From Sporopachydermia quercuum (Eukaryota), in contig BCGN01000002.1 in NCBI GenBank assembly GCA_001599295.1, positions 1,550,001 to 1,614,000 of the forward strand: a DNA stretch of 64,000 bases, read 5' to 3'. Under the pieces are notes generated by a model. It was not told the origin of the DNA and searched no databases. It was given only the letters and a program-made list of their open reading frames with translations. The position numbers and the translations under genes were made by a program. Shown here one piece after another: positions 11,816 through 23,653 of this stretch. The number at the start of each line of letters is the position of its first letter. Within the stretch, counting starts at the first letter, position 1.

Positions 11816-13426
11816 TTACGATGGTTGTTGAGGTCTGTGATTTTCTGAATAAATCACTGGAATACTGATATCAAACTTGAACTCCACGTCGGTACTTCTG
11901 TATTCTTCAGGAACTCGTATTCTCTTTTCCCACCAGCCTTTCCAAACACCCTCCATATCCCATCTGCCAGCGAAATGTGCCGAGAAATCACCATCACAAT
12001 AAACATGTTCTAAATCATTATCACTGATTAAAAATGGTGCAATTAACTTTTGAGAAACCAACCCCATCTTCTTTCGAACATACGGAACTCTACCCATGAG
12101 ATAACCCATCACATCTTGTTCAATTAGAATTGTGTTTAAATCAACAATTGATTGATCTTCCCAGAAACTCAAAAAATGCCTCATCCAATCAGTACGTCTG
12201 AACAATAATGCACCCGCATTTGTTTCTGTATCATCTTGTCCTATAATAATATCCATATTAGCAATATCATCATCAGTAAGAATCTCAGGTGGTTCAATTT
12301 CATTGGGTTCGATGTTAACTGATTCAATTAAACTATGGTATTCTTCCAATGATAGCACAGGGTATAATTGTTCTAGATAAGTAAATCTAGCTTGAGTAGC
12401 ATGTCTTTGTAAAGGTCTTCCATAACTTAGACGATTTTTCAAAGCCTTTGGGTGTAAGAAATGTTTCGCCAAATCAATTTCTGAATTCATGATGATAATA
12501 TCTAAATCAAGCCAAAAAACCCATTCAGCATCTGGATTATCGTCAAAAGCTTTACGCACCGCCAACATTTTTGCCCAACATCCTTTACGATCAGCAGGTA
12601 AAGGCTCTTTCATTTTAGAGAAATCATAGAAAACGTGAGTATATCCATGGTATCTACAATACTCATCACGATTTTGGATAGCCATAGCTGTCATATTAGG
12701 CACTTTTTCTCCACCACCATCTGTAGCAGTTAATAAAACAATTTTCTTACCAGCTGGCTGTATAACACCTTCACTATCATAATCATCTTCATCGAAAACA
12801 ACAGGTTTCTTGTTTCGGACAAAATCACGTAAAGAAACTTGACGATCAAGTTGCCGTAGCTTCTTCTTCAACAGATCGTCTTTCAATGAGGGCGCATCAT
12901 GAACAAATCGCGTTAGTTGACCCTGCTGTTCATAATTTAGATCCAGTTCACGGACCAATTCAGAAACAATACTATCAGTTAAACCCATAGTAGTTCCTGA
13001 AGCGAAGATTTCATTAATCTTTTGAATCTGCTCATTGGTTAATTCAGAACCATTAAGAATTCGCTGCATGTCATCCCCTAATCCACCTTCACCTAAACCA
13101 TTAGCAGGTCCTTGCTTGAAAAAAGGTTTAGGCAATGCATCAATAGAGATCTTGGAAGACATAAAACTAGGTGAGTATCTAGCACCGGTTGCGGCTGATG
13201 AAGTTATCATTGACGCGGTTGTAGATGAGAACGTAATCATGGCAACAACAATAGTGACAAGAAGGACCAATGGTAATACTTTTTTCCGAAATATGAACTG
13301 AGAAACAAGTTGGAGAGTGTCACCAACAACCTTCACAGGACTTTTACCCTCAGCAGATCCTGCTAATGGTGTATATCCTGTAAAGAAAGACTTTACAGTA
13401 CTAGAGAAAGATCTTGGTCCAGCCAT
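11816..13426 (-). CDS. GT34 glycosyltransferase (Gma12/Mnn10 family, probably an alpha-1,2-galactosyltransferase), type II membrane protein
   Basis: Single N-terminal TM, long stem, IVLLTATDGGG, NRDEYCRYHGY, WAKMLAVRKAF, EWVFWLDLDIIIMN (DxD), NAGALLFR, EQDVM, HFAG. Confidence 0.85.
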   Translation of the reverse strand: MAGPRSFSSTVKSFFTGYTPLAGSAEGKSPVKVVGDTLQLVSQFIFRKKVLPLVLLVTIVVAMITFSSTTASMITSSAATGARYSPSFMSSKISIDALPKPFFKQGPANGLGEGGLGDDMQRILNGSELTNEQIQKINEIFASGTTMGLTDSIVSELVRELDLNYEQQGQLTRFVHDAPSLKDDLLKKKLRQLDRQVSLRDFVRNKKPVVFDEDDYDSEGVIQPAGKKIVLLTATDGGGEKVPNMTAMAIQNRDEYCRYHGYTHVFYDFSKMKEPLPADRKGCWAKMLAVRKAFDDNPDAEWVFWLDLDIIIMNSEIDLAKHFLHPKALKNRLSYGRPLQRHATQARFTYLEQLYPVLSLEEYHSLIESVNIEPNEIEPPEILTDDDIANMDIIIGQDDTETNAGALLFRRTDWMRHFLSFWEDQSIVDLNTILIEQDVMGYLMGRVPYVRKKMGLVSQKLIAPFLISDNDLEHVYCDGDFSAHFAGRWDMEGVWKGWWEKRIRVPEEYRSTDVEFKFDISIPVIYSENHRPQQPS

Positions 13427-14280
13427 TATTACGAGTACGATACCTTCAAACAAAAGAGTGGATCCTGAGATTCTGGTGAGATTTTACGCGTTTTCAATAA
13501 TAGGTAACGTTAAACGCACCAAAATCTTTCGACCTACTGGTTTCTCTAATCCCCTGAGTATTCAGAGAACTCTTAATCAATCTAGAAAGCACGAGTCTTC
13601 TATACTTTTACCTTGAAATGCTATGCTGTCCAATGGGTAAGTTATGCAGTTTTGTTTCCCGCTCTCTCTCCTCATTTATTGATACTCGCGGGTTAGGTGG
13701 CATAAATTCCATAATGTGAATTATGCAGGAGAATGTATCCTTCTTCATCAAGATTACTTGTTTTGGAAGTATAGTTTCAATTGGGGCTAAGTGGTAACAA
13801 GACTAATTTACCTATATTCACCGCTATGTGATCATTCACAACCCAAGGGCCTCCGATTACTCTTGTAACTATCGATCATATCAATCATATTTCAGAATCA
13901 CAAAAGGTGAAGTAGAAAGAGATCTCAAACTGAATATAAGTTAGTATAGCGTTTATAGTGCTTTGTCTAGCTCTGACTTGTCCCGGGTTTGGGGGCATAG
14001 CTTGATCAAAGTAAGTGCTACAGTATTCATACATATTACGTAATCTTTAATTATTGTTTGAGTACTGAAATCAACTGTACGATTCTGCATCTTCTACGAT
14101 GATACATGAGAGTAATTATCGGCTTACCAATTGATGGACATTATGATTGACAATTGGGACAAGAAAAACGAAAGGTTGAGTTGAGGCTGCCTGGATAGAA
14201 TAGCTAACGAATTGGGCCTAAAGATCAATATTCAGAACTTGAATGAGTACTTATCTGTTTGATTTGTCTCGTAAATTTTG

Positions 14281-15299
14281 ATGAACAAGATGCCGTTTAC
14301 ATTACCCAAAGGATTTGGCACATTGGTTGATTCTTGCTTCAAGAAGGCAGTTGAATCTGGAGAGTTGGTTTACAGCAAATCAACCTCAAAGGTGATATCA
14401 ACCAGTAATGGACCACTAGACGTAAGGAGTTTTCTTTTGTTTATAGGTTTCGAACTAGTGTTCTGAAACCAACGATATTTTACTTGATAACTGACGTGTT
14501 GTAGTTTTTAGTCACTTCAGCACCTGCCTTAGCGCTTAAACCATCAGGCCCACCACCGCCTGAAGCATCAGGTCCTAAGGATCCTTTTGAGAATCCATCT
14601 GAAGAATTAACAATTTTGAAAACATTTGGAGACGATTATTCAATCTTACTTAATAAGTTCGCTGTTGTACCCAATCATATTTTGCTTATCACCAAAGAAT
14701 ATAGACCTCAAACAGAGCCTTTGTCACCAAGAGACCTATTTGCAACCTATACATTGCTGAAATCACTACCAAATCACTTAGCTTTCTTTAATTCAGGTTC
14801 AAAATCTGGGGCTTCTCAACCTCATAAACATGTGCAATTGTTACCTTTAGATACAAGTTTTACTCCATTCCCAGCAAAGGCTGTGTTCCCTGAGCTTGGT
14901 AAGGCAAAAGTACCGCAACCGGTCCAAACTCCTAGCATACCATTTGCCCATTTTATTGCTGAAATAAAACTTACCTCCGAAGATGAAGGTGAAATTCAAG
15001 AGGATTTAATGCAAGCTTTCACCTCTGTTATAGCCAGAGTGTTTACTACATTGAGAGAGTATAATGCACCTCTGAGTTATAATATCTTATTGACAGAAAA
15101 ATGGATTATGGCTGTACCTAGAAAAGAAAGTGTTGCTGAAGGGATTTCTGTAAATGCCACAGGAGTTTTAGGGATGCTACTTGCTAAAAATGATGAACAG
15201 ACCGAATACTTATCAGATTACGACAATTGTATAAAAGTGGTAGAAGGTGTCACATTTCCTAATACTTCCGAACTTGAAGAAAGTGAGTACCATTATTAA
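14281..15299 (+). CDS. APA2: Diadenosine tetraphosphate phosphorylase (Apa1/Apa2); exons 14281-14421 and 14505-15299
   Basis: DPFENP, LLNKFAVVPNHILLITKEY, FFNSG..SGASQPHKHVQ. Phase-0 intron 14422-14504 (GTAAGG..AACTGAC..TAG) joins two ORF-track pieces. Start could be 14281 or 14290. Confidence 0.92.
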
Positions 15300-15766
15300 G
15301 ATGTCACTATCACAAACGTTTTCTCCTATGTGTAAATTTGATATCTTCCTATTAAACAAAGACTACTTCCTATATACAATCATTCAGTATAGATATATTC
15401 AATTGATACTATGAATCAATACCATGACTGGCATAGTGGTCTGTCTATGCCTACCCTCTGTTTCTACACGTTCAAACTACCAATCTTGCGATAACATTTT
15501 TTACCAACTCAGAACACTAGTCAATTATATCCATCAGTTAATCATCAGATCAACAACCCAATTATCAAATCCTTCTGTTACTGTCGATCTATTTACTATT
15601 CTCGCTCTCTTCTCATACAAGATCAAACTTCAAGCCTTATTTCAAAGTCACATGACTTACTGATACTTATTTTCAGGGCCCGGCATATATAGTAGGACAT
15701 TCGATTATATCATGACTTCTGGGACATTCCCGGACATTGATAAAGAATGAAAGGGTGTAAAATAAA

Positions 15767-15771
15767 CCAAT
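15767..15771 (+). promoter_or_regulatory. CCAAT box, candidate Hap2/3/5 site for QCR7
   Basis: aaCCAATcg about 240 bp upstream of a respiratory-chain gene. The motif is short and common. Confidence 0.3.
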
Positions 15772-16007
15772 CGTCAAATAGGAAATCAAATCTTACCACA
15801 AAGCAAGAAAATGTACTCTCTTTACTATATGATGATAATGCTAAAATGTTACTGCATAGAAACAAGGCGACACAGTGTAGCATAAGTATTCAGGAATAAT
15901 TACGATATTATTATTATCATTTACAATACAAGGGTATTTGTACATGATATATTGAATCGAGTTTACGGGNAAGAAGAACAGAAGCTCAAATCAATAAATC
16001 AGACAAG

Positions 16008-16400
16008 ATGGTTATGCAATCTTTCACTCAAATCGTGTCATGGGTTCAAGCAGCTCGCAAGTTTCCAACTATCTACAACAATGTTTTGTATCCTATAGCC
16101 AAGTTCTACAGAGAGTTATCTGGATATCGTCAATTAGGATTGAAGTACAACGACTTGATTATGGAAGAAAATGATGTCGTTGAAACTGCTTTGAAGAGAT
16201 TACCACCTAAAGTCTCATATGATAGAGTTTATCGTCTCAGAACTGCTTTCCAACTTGGCTTAACTCATCATGTTTTACCAAAGAGTCAACGACTCACGGA
16301 AGCTGAAGATGATTTTTACTTACTACCTTACATTCTTGAATCTGAAAAGGAAATTCTCGAAAAGAAGTCCCTCAACTCCATCGAACTCTCCAAGATCTAA
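16008..16400 (+). CDS. QCR7: Cytochrome bc1 complex subunit 7
   Basis: SGYRQLGLKYNDLIMEENDVVETALKRLP..SYDRVYR, YLLPYILE. Confidence 0.96.
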   Translation: MVMQSFTQIVSWVQAARKFPTIYNNVLYPIAKFYRELSGYRQLGLKYNDLIMEENDVVETALKRLPPKVSYDRVYRLRTAFQLGLTHHVLPKSQRLTEAEDDFYLLPYILESEKEILEKKSLNSIELSKI

Positions 16401-17295
16401 GGCTAGCATATATTAAAATCAACGCATTTCAGATTCATTATGATAAAGATAAAGCAGTACAGTTAGCTCGACACGTCAGCTCATTGAACTTGAAACTCAC
16501 CTAGATTTAATTCCTATTGACGATTCAGTGCGTTGAAGCTGCCAGCTTTTTGGTTTAGATTTCATTATCAGTATTTACATACATCAATCATCGTGTTTAT
16601 TTAAAATTTTGTCGAAACATTAGAAGTACAAATTGAGCCCAAGAAAACTTTTATTTTCAAGAAAAACCGATTGTTTTCTTCTTGTCGTAGCAATGGCTTA
16701 CAAAAGATTTATAGTTTTCTTTGTAGTTTTGATTATGAAATACTGCCAGAACCAAAAGCACCTTGCTTTCAGAGAAGCTCAAGCTATCTCTAGAGTTTTA
16801 CAGACAAAAGTCCAATCTTTACGAAGTATCAGAAATATGACCTATAACCAGATAATTTTAGTGTGTAAAAAAAGTATGATAAAATGTCTATATGCTAAGC
16901 GTATTGTGACAAGTATTTCATATGTAAAGAAAAAGNAGTGTACAAGTTGATAAAGGTGATACTTTTATCATTCTGACTCATAAAATAACAAGACTGTGTA
17001 TCAAAAATGTATCGATTTCCATTGGGATAGTTGACATAACTTTACCTCAATAATTCGGAGAGATAATGCTGCTCAATAAGATATTGATAATAATGGAGAA
17101 GAAGAATATTAAAATCACAAGGGAACTCTGGTAGTTCATTTTCATTCCAGCGCCCGCGATGCTAACGTGATAGCGTAAAGAAATAATATGGATAAATACA
17201 AAACATTAAAAAAAAATATATATATAAGAAAAATAAATCCCGCCCTAACCAATAAAATAAACACGAATAAGTCATAAAATTGAGAAAGTTTATCT

Positions 17296-18510
17296 TCATC
17301 TTTTGCCTTCTATAATCCACCTAAACATCCTGTGCTTGGATTTAATCTTCTTCTCACTTCTCACTTCAGGGCCAGGCTCCCCTAAAGCTAGTTCGAATGG
17401 TAGTTCATTGATGTCTGACCCTGCTTTGGTACCCTGCAAAGGTAAAGAAGTATAAGAAGAGCTATAGTTATTATAACCAGGAGCACTTGGGGGTTCATAA
17501 ACAATTGGCTTGAACGCGAATCGCGTCCTTGGTGGAGGAGGTGGCATGAAACCTTTATCATCTAAAGATTCAATGCGTTTATAATGTGCTTCGTACCTAG
17601 CCGGGAAACGAGAACGCGTAGAAATGGATAGAGATGAAGTCAAAGATGATGTTGAACATGTGGGATCATTGTGCGAATCTGTTTGAGATTCCAGGTCTGA
17701 TTCGTCTTCCTCTGCAATAATTATTGGTGCTGACTCTGCTCTTTTATGCGATCTGGGTGAGGTAATCTGACTGAAATTGTGGCTAAGGCTGTGACTATGT
17801 CCGAATCTGAAGTTCTCGTTGCTACTTTTCGTCGGGCTGATTGGCCTTGTTGAGAGAGCTAAATCTAGATCAATTAAAGGTTGAGGAGCTGTATTTAAAG
17901 GCGTTAAGGGTGATCTGAGCGACGAATATAGTGCTGAATTAAATAATGAATTTGGATAAAACTGACTGGAGTTTGTTTGTTCGGGCTCAACAATAAGTTG
18001 AACATTCTCATCAGTCTTTCGTTTGAAAATTGTAAGCAAAGAAGACATTCTAGTATGTTGTTTTGAAAAAAGNGATTTTGGTTTGGTATGAATAGTTGAT
18101 TGAGAACGTTTATGGTGGTTTTTCGGTCGCGTATTATTTCCAGAAGAAGGGGTAATAGTACCATCATTCCGTCTTGTACTTGCTGAAGAGTCAACCGTGG
18201 GACAAGACATTTTATCAGAGCGCACTGACGATACAGACTTACGAGGTGACTCTGGAATTTCAAATTCAAGTTTCGTTAATACTGGTGATTTGGCACTTTC
18301 CAAAGAAAATCTTATTTCTTGCTTCGGTTTCGTAGTATTTGTGGATAAGCTAGTTGGAGGTAAAGCAATTATAGGGAACTCTTCAGCATCAAAATCTCCA
18401 GATATGGCTTGAGACCTCCGATGTCGATGTCGTCTAATAGATGACGGAGGACTCAAAGTTGACCCCCATCCTGATATTGAAGTTGGTTCAAGTGTTGTGG
18501 TAACTGACAT
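17296..18510 (-). CDS. LRE1: Lre1/Hlr1-like disordered Ser/Pro-rich protein (Cbk1/RAM-pathway regulator)
   Basis: Motifs RHRHRRSQAISGDF, PLIDLDLAL and HKRAESAP match those I recall from Lre1 (HRHRRSLAISGDF, IINLDDAL, HRRSESAP). Position and strand between QCR7 and PBN1 match LRE1/HLR1. Confidence 0.8.
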   Translation of the reverse strand: MSVTTTLEPTSISGWGSTLSPPSSIRRHRHRRSQAISGDFDAEEFPIIALPPTSLSTNTTKPKQEIRFSLESAKSPVLTKLEFEIPESPRKSVSSVRSDKMSCPTVDSSASTRRNDGTITPSSGNNTRPKNHHKRSQSTIHTKPKXLFSKQHTRMSSLLTIFKRKTDENVQLIVEPEQTNSSQFYPNSLFNSALYSSLRSPLTPLNTAPQPLIDLDLALSTRPISPTKSSNENFRFGHSHSLSHNFSQITSPRSHKRAESAPIIIAEEDESDLESQTDSHNDPTCSTSSLTSSLSISTRSRFPARYEAHYKRIESLDDKGFMPPPPPRTRFAFKPIVYEPPSAPGYNNYSSSYTSLPLQGTKAGSDINELPFELALGEPGPEVRSEKKIKSKHRMFRWIIEGKR

Positions 18511-21388
18511 GTTGTGAAATAACTTGATCACCGCAGACTTCAAGCCCCCAGCAAGTCGAGGAACAAACGAATGAATAGAGTAGGTGAAAGTCCCAATATT
18601 CCTAGGAAAACTTGAAGAAAATCACTACTATGCTGATGTTTCTTTTGAATTTTAATAATTTATAATTATACCGGTTTCTAGTATTCAAATTCCACTCCAT
18701 AACACGGTCTATTCTTCCGTAGTTTGATAGAAAGGAAAGAGTGTCAAATCCTTTCCTTATTGATTCTTTTCCTCCTGACCTTCCAAACCGTTCCGCTTTT
18801 TCTTTATGAAATTTACTGTTTACCTTCAGTATACGGATGAACTTTCTTCTAGGTACATTCCCTATTTGATTAGTTCAGGGAAAGTGTTGAGGTTTGAAGA
18901 ATAAAACAATGCTAGAAAATATTAACATTCATTAATAATAATCAAGAAATATAAGTTTTTATCTGAATATTGAAGTTGATACAAAAAATGATAAAAGATG
19001 TCTACTCAACAATACTTAACACTACACTTTTGATTAGCCTCCACAACTGATATTTGAAGTTTTTGTTTAGTAATACTGCTAAAACCATGAAAATTTAGTG
19101 ATACATTTCATATCACGTGGCTTCAAATGATTGAGACTAGAGGTGATTTGTACGTTACTTGTTCAATTGGGGAAAAATATGTAAAAAAGGTTAAAGTTTG
19201 TAGAAAAAGAAAGCTAAGGCTAATATCAAATAAAGTCGTAATTTCATGACGTAGATTACCTAGCTGAGATATTTGGACTTTTTCACTGTGGAGAATGAGA
19301 GAAAGAGGTTTATGGATTAACGATTGCGAGCTGGAAAGGTAACTCACATAAAGAGCAGCTCTCATTATAGTTCGAAAAAAGAAAAAAAAATTAAAATAAA
19401 AATGTAATTCAATTTACTCCATAACCAATGAAAAATTGAATTACCAAGAAGTGGGGTTGAAAATATCTCATCAACTAATTTAAACAATGACCTAACAAAC
19501 CTAGAACCTTAGCGGGAGGTTCGGGCTCATATGTAGGAATAGTCAAACTTTATCGCTCCGAACAATTTGATAATCTGCAATAAAACTGAACTAACAAAGT
19601 CCTAATTACAAACGTTCTTAGTATGAGAGTAAAAATTAGTTGAAAACTCTGGAATATTTCTTCAACTTTTAGTTAAATCTAAAAAGCAAATAGTTTAATT
19701 TTTTTCTTCCTTAGAATTAGAGAGATATTCAGACGCATAATTTGCATTACATCCTCTATGCTAAGGGTGAAATAGTAAGACCAAACGCGTTCTTCTATCA
19801 GGCGGTCCTTTTCTTTTAACAATCTTTCCTCGAATTGTTCTTATTCAGGTACCATTTTTCTGATGAATGACCAAATATGGTAGTATTTCATCCGAATAGA
19901 AAGATCTACAATGTGTTGCTTTTTTCTTTCTTTCAGGAGCCTGATTTAAATTGATTTACTTCCTAAAGAGTAAACAGGGTTTAAGAACATGCTTAAAGTT
20001 TGTCCGATTAATTAGTCCCATACAGGCTAAAAATAACCTTTCAGTTTACTGATGAGGAGCCATTATCAAGTGATTAAATCAATCAAATCAAATCAGTCAA
20101 TTAGTATGTTAGTTAAAGAATTCTTACAAGATAGGTTGAACTTTGACGAATTAAGAGGAAAATGGGGGGAAATATGGATGGAATAATGAACTAAAAAGTA
20201 AGAGAAAGAGATAGAATCAGTTTTAGGTCTCTTTGCAAGAAATAAAGTAGTCTTCGCCCGAAGTAAAAAGCAGCCCTTCAAATAATGGAGCTTACTCTGT
20301 TAAATGTTAATTATTGATAATTATTGGTTGTGCTGGCGCAGATATAAGGAGTGGCAATTATTGTGGTGGCCACTCGAAGTTAAATAATTGATTAATGCCC
20401 TTTTGATCTTCATGAAAATCTTGTCTTTGTCTTATATAACCATCCAAGTCCCAGACCACTAACAAACTGAAATTTTGTCTACTGATTGATAACCGTAAAA
20501 GTAATTGTTCCGCAGATGTGTAAACGTGCCAAATGAGTCCTATATTTTATCAACTGGAACCAGAAGTCGTGAGAAGTCTTGCTTGATTTGGATTTCATGA
20601 TTTTTCGTTCCAAATTGGTTATATTAAATTTCTAATATTCGCCTTATCGCGAGAAAGTTTTTTATATCTTTCGCATCCTGATGACATATCAGTTAAGTTA
20701 TGGAAGCCTATCTATTGTAGTATGGGCTTCTCCGAACATTAGCTCACGCCGCTATCCAAATGTGCTAATTAATTTTAGAGATGAGCTGAGAAAATAGATA
20801 TAAGATATGAGATACAACAGGACTACGTTTTATCCAAAGTGCCTCATTTGTGCTAACTAAGCTTGATTGACATATTACACTGATTATTTCATTCTTTTTA
20901 CTCTATCGAACCATTCTATAATAATTGATAATATACTCGTCACTGATATTTCTTTTAACTTTCTAAAGTATAGCGGGGATTTACATCTATTCAGTATCCT
21001 CCTGTCCCAGATTATGCAGGACTTGGACCAGCTGTTTCGTAATACTTCCTATTCTGCACTTAAAGTTTTTTCTGAATCTCATATAGTATTCTAAGCTCTT
21101 GAACTTAAATGTTAGATTTAAGAGATAAAATGATTATCTAATCTGTTTTCTGAAATACAAAAAATGTTTATTATTTCCGAAATTCAGANCTTTGCTATGT
21201 TCTCCGATATCTTCAACATTGAAATCGGTACTCAATCAGCCAAGGTGAAAAATCTAAGAGCTTAACTGTTTGTCAATGAAGAAACAATTGATCTTCGGTA
21301 CCAAAACATGGTGGAATCATTGAAATGTGTTTCAATATTTGCTCTTGGAGATCTTCCCTAGGTTTTGAGCTGTCTAGTACTTACAGAG

Positions 21389-23011
21389 ATGCCTCAAATG
21401 AGAAGAAGAATTACAGTTCCTATTGGAACGAACAAAACACTAAATGATAAACTTACCCTTGANAATGGTACTGTAACTTTAAGAAATATATCAAATCCAC
21501 GACAAGATAGATACATCGTAGCACCTTCAGATTTCAGCAAACTTGTTAAATATGTTTCCGAGAATCCTCAGGATATTGGTTTGAATGATGAAAAAGAATG
21601 GAGTAATCTATTCAGGCTATTGAGATCATATAAAGCGACATTAGAGATCATATGGAGTACTGAAAGATCATCACAACTACCTGTACTTTTATTTCAACCG
21701 GAGGTTTCTGGTTTTCAGATACGAATCAACTCAAAAAATAAGAGCTTATTGTATGTTGAGATAAGAAAAGGAACTGTTGGGGCTCTGGAGTTGGCATGAA
21801 TTGATTGAATATTAATTTCTTATTAACTGAATTAAACCACAGGGATCTTTCACCGTTTAAGCATGCAATTCAGTCATTGACTGCTGAACCATTTTCAGCT
21901 TCTGTAAGTACTATTCTATTTTCCATCTTCATAAAAAAATAGAAGCAAAAAAATAATCTTAAAGAGACATATACTAATGGTATTGTAGCTCTTGATTCAG
22001 CCTACTGAAGACATCTACACTTTCTACTCAAAGGACAGACCAAGTTTTCATAAAGCATTCGGACTGAATAGTGAGTTTTCATATTCAGACAGCATATATA
22101 TACGCTTGACCGGTAACTCAGCTGAACTGGAATTATCGTGGCTTTCTATGTCTAATCTCCATGCTGATCGTCAAGTAAATGAGACTATTATATCTCCAGA
22201 TCCACGAATGAAAGCTGAATTTGGTTTATTACATGCTCATCCAACCGTTGATTATCTTTTAACTGTTTCTGGCGTGTTATATCCAATTTCTACTAACTCT
22301 GCACCTAGTAAAACACTTTTTACTGTTCCTATAGCTCACGATGTATTAGAGAGTGAAAAAGTAGATTGTCGATTGATCCAGCCAACTGGCTTACATCCTG
22401 AATTGAAGTGCAAGCTGTTTCCAGATACATTTAAAAGGCCTGATCCCAGTTGTGATCTGTATGCATTTTATACACTACCATCACCTTTCTTCTTAGACAG
22501 GTATCAATTACCTAATATGACAATAACAGGTGCATTGGATTTAGAAGCACCTGAGTATGCTACCGCATTATGGGGAGTTCAAGCTCTATCAAGTCCGTTA
22601 CCACTTGATTCCGAATGGACACTCCCTACTCATTTTCGTTATGCCGAACCTGGTGAAAGTGCTTATATTAATGTGACACTACCACAACCTCTANTATTCT
22701 TTGCATGTTTTCCTCAACCAGATGATTCCATAGATACAGAAGATCAATTGAAACTAGAGCAATCTCCATTTTATCATGAGCTGCTTGGTTTTGAACGATA
22801 CTTTCCTGATGACACAAGGTTCATTCATCTAAGATCAGAAGGCTCATTTCTACGAGCAAAACTACCAAGGGCCGAAGTTGCAATTGAATACCGAGTTGCT
22901 CTAGGCACAACGGTCACAGTGATACTATCCGTCATTTATATTCTGTGGAAACTAGTTTCTCCTTGTACTATCGGAAAAGCCAAAAAGGATTTGAAGGAAA
23001 AAACACAGTAA
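21389..23011 (+). CDS. PBN1: PIG-X/Pbn1, GPI mannosyltransferase I subunit; exons 21389-21750, 21843-21903, 21989-23011
   Basis: N-terminal RRRITV, PTGLHP, CDLYAFYTLPSPFFLDRYQ, DLEAPEY..WG, LPTHFRY, C-terminal TM. Introns 21751-21842 (GTATGT..CAG) and 21904-21988 (GTAAGT..TACTAAT..TAG) preserve the frame. Confidence 0.9.
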
Positions 23012-23653
23012 GTAATTGCATAATTGCATAATCTAGCTTCTTAATCCGCCTTTTTTACGTGTTTGTAGGTTTTTGCAAGTTAGATCAAATGTTCTTTATG
23101 TGGAAATTCCATATCACCAGTGTACTTCCCTCCTTTCTTAACTGATGCGTAGTCAATTTAGAGATATGAGATCTAAGAAATTCTTTTTTGGTAATCTCTT
23201 CTCAGTCTCCAAATCAACTGCTGCCACTATCGTGGGATTAGCAAAGGCAGCAATACTTATCGAACTGGAGTTAGAATTGGACGCTTTTCTTCTTCAAATC
23301 AGCAAATTAAAGTTGCGGGTTGAACTTCTTATCGCCATCTTCTTCTCTTTCCTCTCTTGACATTTGAACCATCTTAATCCTAAGCACTACTGGAAATGGC
23401 AAGTATATTGTGTGCGTGCCTGTGTGCGTGCTACTAGTATCAATATAATGTTATTACATATTTTGCTTCCTAATTTATTTCTTCCTTCCTTCAAATTTAC
23501 ACTTTATGCTGTGATCTTATATTGTGATCTTATATAGTTATTAAATCGTACGACTACTTATACCCCTCGATTGTTTGGCGTCTCATTTAAATGAGAATCA
23601 GACAAACAAACAAAAAATAAAGTAAAGAAAACCACGTCCATTTATTTGATTAT

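Noticed and set aside
16389..16400. Qcr7 ends in SKI, a PTS1-like tripeptide
   Set aside because: Qcr7 orthologs end in similar ..SK tails and the protein is a complex III subunit; most likely coincidence.
20703..20790. Two adjacent hairpins (GAAGCC..GGCTTC; AGCTCA..TGAGCT) separated by an ANANNA hinge, H/ACA-like
   Set aside because: No terminal ACA box, the first hairpin is too short, and I could not identify an rRNA target.
23145..23535. 71-aa ORF and short tandem duplications (tgtgtgcgtgc x2, tgtgatcttatat x2) between PBN1 and SPB1
   Set aside because: No homology; the duplications look like ordinary slippage in 3' intergenic DNA.
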